Source: Candidatus Yanofskybacteria bacterium
Lineage (GTDB): Bacteria; Patescibacteriota; Minisyncoccia; 2-02-FULL-40-12; IGHO2-01-FULL-4-A
Assembly: GCA_016181175.1 (NCBI GenBank)
Contig: JACOZV010000001.1
Span: 259,519 to 323,518, forward strand
Direction of reading: 5' to 3'
DNA: 64,000 nucleotides
Shown here: positions 19,012 through 28,949 of the stretch, in pieces
Position numbering within the stretch: the stretch's first letter is position 1
How the letters are laid out: each line of letters begins with the position of its first letter
The notes under the pieces: generated by a model
Database searches by the model: none
What the model saw: only the letters and a program-made list of their open reading frames with translations
What the model was told of the DNA's origin: nothing
Program-made: the position numbers and the translations under genes

Positions 19012-20064
19012 ATGCCATTTCCGAAGCTTGATCCTAAAAAAGTCCGACAGCTTCCGCTTTCCATGCGTCGGGATAAAATGACCTTTCAGAAAATAAAGTA
19101 TTTGGACGAGCCGGTGCCATCAATTAACAGCCCCGAAGTCCAACAAGAAATTAACGGCCTGGCCAAGAAAATTGCCGAGGCGCACAGGAATAACCGTCCA
19201 GTTATTTGGATGACAGGAGACCACGTCACTTTGAGGCGCGGTAACCAGCGCTATCTTATAGATTTGATGGAACGAGGCATAGTAACCCATCTTGCAGGAA
19301 ATGGTGCCGTTCCAATACACGATTTTGAGCTCGCGCTTATCGGCTCAACACTTGAAGACGTTGAATTTTATATCCGCGATGGCAAGTTTGGAAACTGGGA
19401 CGAAGTCGGTTTTGCAATCAATGAAGCGGCCAAATGGGCTGCTGAATTCAAGTGGGGTTTTGGCGAAACAATCGGCTGGATGATAGAAAATGACCGTTTT
19501 GACTTCAAGTTCCCGCACAAGGATATAAGTATTTTTGCCGCGGCTCATCGTTTGGGAATTCCGGCTACGGTACATGTTCTTATTGGCGCCGACATTGTTC
19601 ACCAGCATCCGAATATGGACGGCGCGGCTACTGGCCAGGCAACTTACACAGATTTACTTATTTTTGCTCGCGCGCTTAGAAATCTTGAAGGCGGGGTATT
19701 TTTAAACCTTGGCACGGCGGTTCACGGGCCTGAAGTATATCTCAAGGCCTTGTCTATGGCCAGAAACGTTGAGCTTCAAGAGGGCCGTGAAAATATTTTG
19801 AATTTTACCACGGCAGTTTTTGACATTTTGGATTTGGGTAACTGGCGTGAGTCACGAAAAGAGATTTACGACTGGCGTCGCGATATGAAAGCCATGGATA
19901 ATGGAGATAAAGAAAATCTTGACTCCAGATATTATTTTCGTCCCGGAAAAACTATTTTAACTCGCACGGTTGCCGGAGGATTCGGACAAAGCTTTTATAT
20001 AAGAGGCGATTGCGGTATTACCGTGCCGAATCTTTATCAGAGCATTATGAAAGAATTGGGATAA
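19012..20064 (+). CDS. hypothetical protein (start moved to SD-preceded ATG)
   Basis: aaacaggagaaagaATG; no confident family assignment. Confidence 0.45.
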   Translation: MPFPKLDPKKVRQLPLSMRRDKMTFQKIKYLDEPVPSINSPEVQQEINGLAKKIAEAHRNNRPVIWMTGDHVTLRRGNQRYLIDLMERGIVTHLAGNGAVPIHDFELALIGSTLEDVEFYIRDGKFGNWDEVGFAINEAAKWAAEFKWGFGETIGWMIENDRFDFKFPHKDISIFAAAHRLGIPATVHVLIGADIVHQHPNMDGAATGQATYTDLLIFARALRNLEGGVFLNLGTAVHGPEVYLKALSMARNVELQEGRENILNFTTAVFDILDLGNWRESRKEIYDWRRDMKAMDNGDKENLDSRYYFRPGKTILTRTVAGGFGQSFYIRGDCGITVPNLYQSIMKELG

Positions 20065-20211
20065 ACTGCAACATAATAAATTTGACAAGGTAGCGGCGCG
20101 AATTATCACGCCGTTTTTATTTACGCATAAACCACTTGGTCAACTAACTATTTTAAAAATCTTAAAGATTGCCATTGGCTCAGAAAATAAAACTATGTTA
20201 TTAATCTAATT

Positions 20212-20796
20212 ATGACCAGAGATAAATTTTTTGAGATAATAGACAAGAAGATGGGCTTTGAAGGTAGAGAGCAGATAGAATGGGCTTATGTGTTGGCTAA
20301 ACAATTTCATAGAGAGCAGGTACGGGATGAGGGTGTAAGATATTTTGAGCATTGTCGTGACGTGGCCCTTATTTTGATAAAGTATGGACCGACTAATCCC
20401 GATGAATTAATTGTCGGACTTTTGCATGATGTTTATGAAGATCAGTTTGTTCCCAGGGGCATGATAAGGCAACTTTTCGGTAATGAAGTTGACGAAGCTC
20501 TGAAGGCTTTATCTCACGAAAAGCTATTCTACAAAAGTCACGGTAAAATTACCAAAACACCAGAAAATAAAAAAGAATATTTTGATTCAATTAAACGTGG
20601 TTCTATTCTAATAAGAAGGGTAAAACTTGCCGATAGATTACACAATCTTTTAACCCTGGAGTTCTGTAAACCAGAGAAACGAATTAGAAAAATTAAAGAA
20701 ACAATGGCGCATATTTTACCGATAGCCCAAGAGACAGACTTGAGGTTTTTAAAAGCCATTAAAAATAGATGCGACTATTGGGAGCGTAAGTCTTAA
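20212..20796 (+). CDS. HD-domain phosphohydrolase, small alarmone hydrolase (SpoT/Mesh1 HD)-like
   Basis: H...LLHDVYEDQ pattern typical of (p)ppGpp-hydrolase HD domains. Confidence 0.55.
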   Translation: MTRDKFFEIIDKKMGFEGREQIEWAYVLAKQFHREQVRDEGVRYFEHCRDVALILIKYGPTNPDELIVGLLHDVYEDQFVPRGMIRQLFGNEVDEALKALSHEKLFYKSHGKITKTPENKKEYFDSIKRGSILIRRVKLADRLHNLLTLEFCKPEKRIRKIKETMAHILPIAQETDLRFLKAIKNRCDYWERKS

Positions 20797-20926
20797 ATAC
20801 CAAATATGTTTTCCTTGACACATAACAGACCAATATGTTAACCTATTTATGTTGTTGGAGAGCCATAAAAAGCCCCAGCAAATTGGTCTTTTTCAATTAA
20901 ATTGAATAGAGGAAGGAGAAGTTAAA

Positions 20927-21622
20927 ATGAATTCTTTGCAACCAACCAAACCAGAAACATTATTTCAAAGGCTTCATAAATCAATTACAAAAACAAGAAG
21001 AAACGCTAAAAAATCTGCTAAATTAAAACTTGAAACCGAAAGCGCAAACGCCAAGAGAGAAGCAGAGGGAATGTATGTGGAAATTGAAATACTTAGAAAA
21101 AAGGCACAAAAAAATTTGGAGAAAACACTTCGTGAATCTCCTAGTTTTAAAAAGTTTTTGTTAAAAAAACTTTCTTCTTCTCCTAGCGGCTTAGAAGATC
21201 GGGAAGAATTTATTCCAAGATTGGGTTTTAAACTTATTCCTAATCAGGATGAGTTTAGCCAATGGTTATCTGATGAGGATATTAAGGATTTGAATAAACA
21301 ATGGTTATCTGAATCTTTATCTAACTATTATGTTACAATAGACGAGAAACTTAGAATTGGTATTATGCATTATGGCAGTCCATTTAAAGATGGGGAAAAT
21401 ATATTCTTGTCTGGGATATGGCACGATCTTGGCTCACATAGAAATGAGTGGCAACTGAAAAACAAAGAAATCTATCCAACATTAAAAAGACTCCTTGAGC
21501 TTTTTTGTAATTCGGAGGCGTTGATCAAATTTTTACTCTATCTGAATTGGACCGACTTGGATTATCTTGGTAAAAATCAAGTTAAATATTTTGGCTTTTA
21601 CTATTTTCCTGAATGCTTTTGA
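20927..21622 (+). CDS. hypothetical protein
   Basis: 231-aa ORF with SD ggaaggagaag. Confidence 0.4.
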   Translation: MNSLQPTKPETLFQRLHKSITKTRRNAKKSAKLKLETESANAKREAEGMYVEIEILRKKAQKNLEKTLRESPSFKKFLLKKLSSSPSGLEDREEFIPRLGFKLIPNQDEFSQWLSDEDIKDLNKQWLSESLSNYYVTIDEKLRIGIMHYGSPFKDGENIFLSGIWHDLGSHRNEWQLKNKEIYPTLKRLLELFCNSEALIKFLLYLNWTDLDYLGKNQVKYFGFYYFPECF

Positions 21623-21807
21623 GTGGGCTGATTCTTTAAGGGGTTAAATACCATTTTGCTTAGGTCACGAAGGATAAGGAATCAATACCCGCTTGATGAA
21701 TGCCCGTCATAATTGATGGGTTTTATTTTCCTAACTATTTGAGCCACCACCAAAACCGGTCTCGGTCAAATTGGCTATAAAAAAACCCGCCAAGTCAGAC
21801 TTGGCGG

Positions 21808-22428
21808 TTATTTATTTTCTTTAGTCAAAAGATAAATATCCAAAATGCAGTCGAGAATGAAAAGGTGGGTTCTTTCGGTGTGACGATAGGCAGTTGATGG
21901 TACCGCATATTTAGTCAGTAATGGCACATAGAAATTAATGTCGCCCATTTGACGCAATCTGTTATTCGACTGAAAACCGGATAGAGTGATTATGGCTAAA
22001 CCCTTAGATTTGGCTGTGGCAACCGCGTTAATAATATTTTGTGATTCGCCGGAACTTGAAATTGCGATTAAAATATCGCCCGCTTGCCCAAAAGTATCAA
22101 GTGGCAGTTCAAAAACTCTTTCCCAACCCATGTCGTTTGCCGTGGCGGTGAGCATGGCCGGATCGTTGAAAGTATGAGCCTTCAAACCGCAAAACTTCCA
22201 AAAACGATTTGCCGTTTCGCTGGCAATTGAGGCGCTTCCACCGTTTCCGATTATAAAAATACGACCGCCGGATTGTTTTAGAACCTTTAACTTTGAGATG
22301 GCCGCAAAAACCACCCTTGAAAATTTTCTTGGAACGTCACAACAATCAGCCTCAATTGAACTAATAGAATCTACACATTGTTTAAAATATTCTTTGCATG
22401 CTGAATCTCGCCAGTCTAAAGTGTCCAT
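21808..22428 (-). CDS. gmhA: SIS-domain sugar-phosphate isomerase (GmhA/DiaA-like, sedoheptulose-7-phosphate isomerase family)
   Basis: IFIIGNGGSASIASE ... DILIAISSSGES. Confidence 0.75.
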   Translation of the reverse strand: MDTLDWRDSACKEYFKQCVDSISSIEADCCDVPRKFSRVVFAAISKLKVLKQSGGRIFIIGNGGSASIASETANRFWKFCGLKAHTFNDPAMLTATANDMGWERVFELPLDTFGQAGDILIAISSSGESQNIINAVATAKSKGLAIITLSGFQSNNRLRQMGDINFYVPLLTKYAVPSTAYRHTERTHLFILDCILDIYLLTKENK

Positions 22429-22548
22429 GCTTTTACCTCGTCAAGTTTTGGATTGTTAATAGTGCTAATAAATGGATACCCAATTTCAGGAATAATTGCA
22501 ATAGAATTTGTAGATGCCCCATTTTCACGACTTTAATTAAGTGTTAAT

Positions 22549-22689
22549 CTAACGGGATGAATCCCGAACGAGACAGCCTTTGCCAACAACAAGGAAGGGT
22601 TACGATGGCTATCTAAACGGGATTAATAAAGTATTTTTAATAGGCACGGAAATGATTTACTCAATAAATCATTTCCTGTCTCGTACGGG
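22549..22689 (+). repeat. family-3 element: gaatcccgaacgagacag / ctgtctcgtacggg arms with internal hairpin, ending at start codon
   Basis: near-identical copy at 30285-30377 (opposite strand). Confidence 0.75.
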
Positions 22690-23652
22690 ATGAGACGATA
22701 CCTATTTTTATTAATTCAGATTGTTGTCAGCGCGATGCTGGTTTTTTTTATTTTTCAAAATATTCATTTCGGTGACCTCTCGGGAGCGTTTAAGAACGTG
22801 CAGATAGAATATATTTTTATTGCTTTGGTGTTTTCCATTCCCGCGTGGCTTGTGGGTATTTTCAAATGGCAATTCCTGGCCAAAACCATCGTGGACAAAA
22901 CCCCGCCTTTTAGATTTTTTATTTCATACTATCTTGTGGGATATTTCTACGCTTTATTTGTGCCAGGCGGCCAACTTCTAGGCGAAGGAATGAAGGCTTG
23001 GAGGATGTCTAACAAGTCAGAATTCAAACCCCAGTTGTATTTATCGGTTTTTGCCGATAAGGCCATAGGTTTTATGGCTCTAGGCTGTCTGGTTTTAATA
23101 TCTTTTTTGACACAGCCTGTTTTATACGGCGACAGATTGAGTATTTTGAGTCTCGCGGTAAGTGCCGCCATTGTGCTGGCCGGTATTATGATTTTCTTCA
23201 GTCGCGTTTTGCTGGAATACTTTTATAAGGTTCCTGAATTTTTAGTCAAATTTTTGCCGTTATTTATAGCCGGCCACGTCGCCATTTTAAAGGGACTTCT
23301 CATTAAATACAATCAGCGCAGAAAATCTACTCTTATAGGTATCGGAATCGGAGCCATTGCACAGCTTATATGGGTTTTGGTTATATATTTTATTGCCCTC
23401 TCATTTAATCTCCATGTACCATTTTTATTTATTGCCTGGACTTTTTTGATAATGTCTGTAGCCACTTTTCTGCCGGTATCCTATGCCGGCTTGGGAGTGA
23501 GAGAGGGAACGTTTGTCTATTTTTTTTCGTTGTTGGGCGTATCCCGTGAGCTAGCCTTAAGCATATCGCTTATGCTATTCGGTTTTCAGGTGCTGGCTGC
23601 TTTAATCGGGGGAGGTTTTGAATTAAAAGAATTATGGAGTAGAATAAAATAA
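22690..23652 (+). CDS. polytopic membrane protein, flippase-like / lysylphosphatidylglycerol-synthase-TM-region (UPF0104) family
   Basis: 320 aa, ~8 TM helices. Confidence 0.5.
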   Translation: MRRYLFLLIQIVVSAMLVFFIFQNIHFGDLSGAFKNVQIEYIFIALVFSIPAWLVGIFKWQFLAKTIVDKTPPFRFFISYYLVGYFYALFVPGGQLLGEGMKAWRMSNKSEFKPQLYLSVFADKAIGFMALGCLVLISFLTQPVLYGDRLSILSLAVSAAIVLAGIMIFFSRVLLEYFYKVPEFLVKFLPLFIAGHVAILKGLLIKYNQRRKSTLIGIGIGAIAQLIWVLVIYFIALSFNLHVPFLFIAWTFLIMSVATFLPVSYAGLGVREGTFVYFFSLLGVSRELALSISLMLFGFQVLAALIGGGFELKELWSRIK

Positions 23653-23658
23653 AATCAC

Positions 23659-25956
23659 ATGCGCGAGCTATTACTAGTCAAAATCACTAAATATTTAGTT
23701 TATGCCACGGCCTTTGTGCCGTTGATTATATTCTCGCAATTCATATCGCCATTCCATTTCGGCAAAGTGGTGGTTTTTCGTTCGCTTGTGGAGATAATGG
23801 CCGTTTTTTATTTTATTCTGATCATCAAAGACAGAGGTTATTTTCCCAAAAAGCATATACTTCTGACAATTTTCTCTCTTTTCACGCTGATTTTTGTCAT
23901 TTCAACTTTTATCAGCGTCAACCCTTATCTAAGTTTTTGGGGTTCGCTTGAACGTATGGGCGGACTCTGGAGTTTTATCCATTATCTTGTCTATTTCATA
24001 ATTCTTATTTCCATATTCAAGACCCGCGAGGACTGGCTGCGGTTGTTTAAGATAGTTATTTTTGTCGGAGCTCTTTCCGCGTTTTATGGTTTTGGCCAAA
24101 AGACAAATATTGAATTTTTCATAGGTTCTGGGAAACGCGAGAGGATATTTGGCACTATCGGCAATGCCGCTCTGTTTGCTGGTTATCAGATTATAATTTT
24201 ATTCCTTGCTTTGTCTTTGGCTCTTTCTTCTTGGGTATCGACTAAACACAGAGGTTATTTTTTTACCGCCGCTCTTATAAACACAGTTGCTGTTTTAATG
24301 ACTGCCGTTAGGGGTTCTATATTGGGTGTTGGCGTAGGTTTTTTACTTTTTGCTTTCCTTTACACTATTTCTTCTCATTCGCGTACGGCAAAAAAGATTT
24401 TATTGGGCTTGGTCGGTTTGGCTGTTATTTTTGTCGGGTTTGCTTTTGCTTTCAAAACCTCCAATTTTGTAAAAAGTTCCGGTTACTTGACGCGTTTGAC
24501 TGATTTTTCATTCCAGACGCTTACGGTTCAAACTCGTTTTTGGGCTTGGCGAGCTGGGTTAACCGGCTGGGTGGAGACACCAAAAACAATTTTATTCGGC
24601 TGGGGTCCGGAAAACTTTAATGTCCCTTTTTCCAAGCATTTTAATCCCAAGTTTTTCCGCGGTATTGGTTCTGAAACTCTTTTTGACCGTGCCCATAATC
24701 AGTTCGTTGAGATTTTAGTAACAATGGGCGCATTGGCATTTCTGCTCTATATAGCCCTGTTTGCTGTAGCCATGCGTTTGTTGTGGAAACGCGTAGTGCA
24801 AAACGGAAAAGAAAGGGCGATTGGTGTGGGTTTGATATCTTTAATTACCGCATATATTATTCACAATTCATTCATATTTGACACCTCGGCTAATTTTATA
24901 ATATTTTTTACGGTTTTAGGTTTTATTGCATGGTTGACCCCGCACCTTTCTGCGGCAGGTAACATGGGCTTGCGCGAAGCGCAGCCGCAGAAAGGTGCGG
25001 GGCAAGCCCCCATTACCAGTTACCAGTTACCAGTTACCAGTTATAAATTAACCGTCGGTCAACAAACCCTATTGTTTCTTTTGCTGATTGGCGCGGCAGT
25101 CCTGATTTATCGGACGAATATCACGCAGTCCAAGGCTAATTACACAACCACACGTGCCATTGTTAGAAGTTGGTCTGGGGATTTTGATGGTGCTTTGGCT
25201 AAGTATAAAGAAGCGTTGGCTTACGATATACCCGGCAAATATGAGTATCGCCACCGTTTTGCCCAGTGGCTTCTTGAATATGCAAATGGCAAAAAACGGG
25301 GAGAAAAAGAAGAGGCCGCTTTGACGTATGCCATACAGCAAGTGCAGAAAAATGCTGATGAGTCTAATCAGGACTATTTACCATATCTTTACATTTCGCG
25401 TGCCTATATAATTTTAGGCAAAGACGATCTGAAATCGCCGTATAACGACGAAGCATTAAAAAATTCTATGAAAGCATTGGAAATTTCTCCAAGTTTTGTA
25501 AGAGCGTATTACGAAGTAGCGCAGGCTTTTCTAAATAAAAAAGATTATAGCAATGCTATAAAATATTTTGAGCAGGCAGTTAAATTAAACCCCGATGTTG
25601 GTTTGAGCCATTGGTACTTGGGGGCAATCCTAATAGAAACGGGCGATATCGAGGGGGGATTAAAGGCGGTTAGCAGAGCCACTGAACTGGGTTATATGCT
25701 TTCCGAATCCGATACCTTAAGACTGATCAACCTTTACATTAAAACCGGCGATCTTAACAAAATAACTTTCCTTTTTGAGAGATTGATTAGTATAAAGCCC
25801 AATAACCCGCAATATCGTGCTTCGTTGGCGGCAGGTTATGCAAAAATCGGAAAAATAGATGAAGCAGTTGAACAGGCACGTGCCGCTGCTCAACTAGACA
25901 AAACTTTTGAAAGTGAAGCTCGTTCGTTTGTGCGGAGTTTGGGCAGGGAGTGGTAA
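23659..25956 (+). CDS. O-antigen ligase/polymerase (Wzy_C)-like membrane protein with C-terminal TPR repeats; carries in-frame repeat insertion
   Basis: multi-TM N-terminal domain, TPR-like C-terminal; palindrome + heptamer repeat at 24942-25043 inside CDS. Confidence 0.6.
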   Translation: MRELLLVKITKYLVYATAFVPLIIFSQFISPFHFGKVVVFRSLVEIMAVFYFILIIKDRGYFPKKHILLTIFSLFTLIFVISTFISVNPYLSFWGSLERMGGLWSFIHYLVYFIILISIFKTREDWLRLFKIVIFVGALSAFYGFGQKTNIEFFIGSGKRERIFGTIGNAALFAGYQIIILFLALSLALSSWVSTKHRGYFFTAALINTVAVLMTAVRGSILGVGVGFLLFAFLYTISSHSRTAKKILLGLVGLAVIFVGFAFAFKTSNFVKSSGYLTRLTDFSFQTLTVQTRFWAWRAGLTGWVETPKTILFGWGPENFNVPFSKHFNPKFFRGIGSETLFDRAHNQFVEILVTMGALAFLLYIALFAVAMRLLWKRVVQNGKERAIGVGLISLITAYIIHNSFIFDTSANFIIFFTVLGFIAWLTPHLSAAGNMGLREAQPQKGAGQAPITSYQLPVTSYKLTVGQQTLLFLLLIGAAVLIYRTNITQSKANYTTTRAIVRSWSGDFDGALAKYKEALAYDIPGKYEYRHRFAQWLLEYANGKKRGEKEEAALTYAIQQVQKNADESNQDYLPYLYISRAYIILGKDDLKSPYNDEALKNSMKALEISPSFVRAYYEVAQAFLNKKDYSNAIKYFEQAVKLNPDVGLSHWYLGAILIETGDIEGGLKAVSRATELGYMLSESDTLRLINLYIKTGDLNKITFLFERLISIKPNNPQYRASLAAGYAKIGKIDEAVEQARAAAQLDKTFESEARSFVRSLGREW
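24942..25003 (+). repeat. family-2 inverted repeat (ggttgaccccgcacctttctgcggc...gccgcagaaaggtgcgggg) inside CDS, in frame
   Basis: same arms as 9161/9455. Confidence 0.75.
25014..25043 (+). repeat. heptamer tandem repeat (accagtt)x4
   Basis: direct reading; related heptamers at 47691-47768. Confidence 0.8.
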
Positions 25957-25969
25957 GCGTGTTTTGGGT

Positions 25970-26968
25970 TTATATGACTTTTCCCTTGGCTACTAACTTC
26001 ATATCCGATTCAACCATCATTTTGACCAAATCTTTGAATTTTGTTTTGGGTTTCCAGCCGAGAATTTTGCGGGCTTTGGAATAGTCGCCAATTAGTAGAT
26101 TGACTTCGGATGGACGAATGTCGGCTGAATTATTCCATACGATATATTTTGCCGGATTAAGTCCGGCAACCCTGAACGCTTCTTCGGCAAATTCTCTAAC
26201 CGAGTGATTTTCTCCGGTAGCGATAACATAATCATCGGGTTTTGGCTGCTGCATCATCATCCACATGGCTTGAACAAAATCCCCGGCATAGCCCCAGTCA
26301 CGCTTAGCGTTTGGATTGCCGAGATATAACTTACTGGCTAGGCCGTGTTTGATAAGCGCGGCGGTGTGAGTAATTTTTCTGGTCACGAATTCTATACCGC
26401 GGCGAGGACTTTCGTGGTTAAAAAGTATGCCGCAAACGGCAAACATCTTAATAGCAGGATGGTTACGGTAGTAGCGCGTCATATGATGGCCGGTAACCTT
26501 GGATATTCCGTAAGGGGATCGCGGGTTAAACGCGGTCAGTTCAGTTTGCGGCACCTCCAGGACGTCCCCGAACATCTCGCTTGAAGCTGCGAAGTAAAAC
26601 TTTGCCTTTGGTACGATTTGGCTTATAGCCGCTAAAACAAAATGCACCCCAGAAACATTCGTGTGCATTGTTGAATGCTCATCTTCAAAAGAGTAAGAGA
26701 CAAAACTTTGTGCGGCTAAGTGGTATACCTCGTCGGGTTTTACTTTGGTTAAAACGTTGCAAATACTCGGGTAGCTTTCCAAGGATGCGCCATGCAGTTT
26801 AATGCGACCAGTTTTGATTAGATGGTTAATCCTGGAAAAGCGGTTATCGCTGTCCTCAAAAGCAACCCGGCGTACCATGCCGTGAACCCGATAGCCTTTT
26901 TTTAATAAAAATTCGGCTAGATAAGAGCCGTCTTGGCCAGTTATTCCCGTTATTAGTGCCTTTTTCAC
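25970..26968 (-). CDS. gmd: GDP-mannose 4,6-dehydratase
   Basis: N-terminal KKALITGITGQDGSYLAEFLL, full-length SDR-extended fold. Confidence 0.9.
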   Translation of the reverse strand: MKKALITGITGQDGSYLAEFLLKKGYRVHGMVRRVAFEDSDNRFSRINHLIKTGRIKLHGASLESYPSICNVLTKVKPDEVYHLAAQSFVSYSFEDEHSTMHTNVSGVHFVLAAISQIVPKAKFYFAASSEMFGDVLEVPQTELTAFNPRSPYGISKVTGHHMTRYYRNHPAIKMFAVCGILFNHESPRRGIEFVTRKITHTAALIKHGLASKLYLGNPNAKRDWGYAGDFVQAMWMMMQQPKPDDYVIATGENHSVREFAEEAFRVAGLNPAKYIVWNNSADIRPSEVNLLIGDYSKARKILGWKPKTKFKDLVKMMVESDMKLVAKGKVI

Positions 26969-27041
26969 TTTTTTAAGTTATTAAACATTGGTTATATTGT
27001 CAATCTTGTTTTTGGATATAAATATGTCATAATTTTTTTGG

Positions 27042-27527
27042 ATGAAACTTAGAGAACATCTGATAATTGGCGTTGTGTCTGTGATTATTTTAACTCCGCA
27101 TTGGGGCCTGTGGCGGGCGCTTTTATTTTGGGGAGCGGAGGTACTGATAGACGCCGACCATTATTGGGACTATTTGTGGCGGAGCAAGTTTCAGGATTGG
27201 AGCGGTTGGCGGATGTTTAGGTATTATAACCGAATAACCGAGCACATGCATGATAAAAACTTTTTTGCAATCAGCATATTGCATACCGTCGAAGTTTTTA
27301 TCGGCGTGTATTTGTTGGCCAGTTATTGGAATTACAACTTTTTTATGACGATTTTTTGGGGGTTGGTGTTTCATCTGATTTTGGATATGATTTATCAGTT
27401 GAAACTCAAATGCTTCTTCGTTCGCGCCTACTCAATAGTTGAGTATTTAATTCGCAAACGTTTAATGCTTAATCGCGGCCTCAACCCCGATGGCTTTTAC
27501 AAAAAAATGTTTGAGCTGTCAAAGTGA
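27042..27527 (+). CDS. hypothetical membrane protein
   Basis: 161 aa, hydrophobic. Confidence 0.4.
   Translation: MKLREHLIIGVVSVIILTPHWGLWRALLFWGAEVLIDADHYWDYLWRSKFQDWSGWRMFRYYNRITEHMHDKNFFAISILHTVEVFIGVYLLASYWNYNFFMTIFWGLVFHLILDMIYQLKLKCFFVRAYSIVEYLIRKRLMLNRGLNPDGFYKKMFELSK
27478..27514 (+). repeat. 37-bp direct repeat, copy 1 (gcctcaaccccgatggcttttacaaaaaaatgtttga)
   Basis: second copy at 27945-27981. Confidence 0.8.
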
Positions 27528-27933
27528 ATTTGACAGTATTTTCACCGGTGCTAGACTAAATGTCATGAAGAAGGATTTAAATAAAAAAGATAAATTAGTT
27601 ACCGAAAGTATTCTAGAGCGGAAACTTAAAAATGCGCTCGAACCTTATGTTACCAAGGATTTCTTGAAGAAAGAGTTTGTCAGACAAAACGAAAGAAATT
27701 TGGCGATTTTTGCGACCAAGCAAGACCTGAAAGAAGGATTGGGTGGGCTAGAAGAAAAAATGAATTGGAAGTTTGATAAATTACTAACTGCTTCAGAAAA
27801 AATATACGCCAAGCTGGAAAAGAAAGAACTTGAGGGTGTGGTGCATAGCTACCTCCACAAATCTGCAGAAGACCAATTGGCTAACCACGACAAACGAATC
27901 ACAAATCTTGAAAAAACTGTCCTGACGCAATGA
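27490..27933 (+). CDS. hypothetical coiled-coil protein within cassette bounded by 37-bp direct repeats
   Basis: ORF lies exactly between the direct repeats; likely true start at internal Met. Confidence 0.35.
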   Translation: MAFTKKCLSCQSEFDSIFTGARLNVMKKDLNKKDKLVTESILERKLKNALEPYVTKDFLKKEFVRQNERNLAIFATKQDLKEGLGGLEEKMNWKFDKLLTASEKIYAKLEKKELEGVVHSYLHKSAEDQLANHDKRITNLEKTVLTQ

Positions 27934-27944
27934 GCTTTACCGCA

Positions 27945-27981
27945 GCCTCAACCCCGATGGCTTTTACAAAAAAATGTTTGA
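27945..27981 (+). repeat. 37-bp direct repeat, copy 2
   Basis: matches 27478-27514. Confidence 0.8.
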
Positions 27982-28018
27982 ATTTTCAAAATAACACTTG
28001 CCCCCATCAAAAATTATC

Positions 28019-28168
28019 GCTCGCCATTATGCCTCCTATCACCATTTGAATTCCCAGCGAGAATTCTACATTCCGTCAAAAGCGTGGATTTTGCTCGCAG
28101 TGTTTTACTATTATACTGCTCGCAAACCGTGCAATCCACTCTTTTGACGGTGCTATGAGGCATAATGC
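28019..28168 (+). repeat. family-1 TIR/stem element
   Basis: ctcgccattatgcctcctatcacc...cccagcgag...ccgtcaaaagcgtggatt...aatccactcttttgacggtgctatgaggcataatgc. Confidence 0.75.
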
Positions 28169-28229
28169 TTTGACCGAATTAGAAAAATAAAAACCGCCTC
28201 AGCCATGAAAGCATCGACGGTAGATTTAT

Positions 28230-28661
28230 TTATAAAGGAAAACGCTTGAACCTATCTTCATAGGTACGCATAAGTTCATTAAACTCCCGTTCGGTTATAC
28301 CAAGTTTTTCCCAAGAAATTTCACCGCAATGCACCCCTTTTCTAATGGCGGTGGCAGATGCTCTTGCATGATAAGGATAGTTTGCTGCACGACGGAGTTC
28401 TTTTAATGCCAAGGGGTAATAAAGAAGCTTGTTTTGTAAAACCAGTTCTTTTAATTTCCCCGGCGTTGTTCCAAGCTCTTCCCATGAAATAACGGCATCA
28501 GAAACAGAAGATAGAATTTCTTGAGCCGAATATTCAGCGTGGAATGGTAACATTCCAAGGCAAAAATGAATCATATTTCGCAGTTGCTTAATATTTTCTA
28601 GTGCTATTCTTTTTCTTTGCTTACGAGTAGGCTTGTTTTGTAATGTTTCACACCTTGTCAT
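28230..28661 (-). CDS. hypothetical protein with internal duplicated ~35-aa motif
   Basis: EISWEELGTTPGKLKELV / EISWEKLGITEREFNELM. Confidence 0.4.
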   Translation of the reverse strand: MTRCETLQNKPTRKQRKRIALENIKQLRNMIHFCLGMLPFHAEYSAQEILSSVSDAVISWEELGTTPGKLKELVLQNKLLYYPLALKELRRAANYPYHARASATAIRKGVHCGEISWEKLGITEREFNELMRTYEDRFKRFPL

Positions 28662-28949
28662 TTTAATCTCCTATTTTTAAAAAACTAGTTTAAAACAGCA
28701 TAGCATAAATAGTGATATGTTGTCAAATTTTTGCTATGTTTCAGAATGCTTTCTCAAAAATTAAAAAACCTAAGCCGTCAACAGACGGCGGTTTTTATCA
28801 CTCCCATAATTGTTAAGGAGAGGATGTCAGTTTCCGGCGCAGGCGGACCCTTTTTGTGAAAAATCCCAGCAGGGTGGATTGAACAAAAAGGGTCCGCGGA
28901 GCCGGAAGATAAACTATTATGCTACCTTATTTTAATTTTTGAGGTCTAA

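Noticed and set aside
25014-25043. CRISPR array
   Set aside because: The heptamer repeats are far too short, tandem without spacers, and there are no cas genes.
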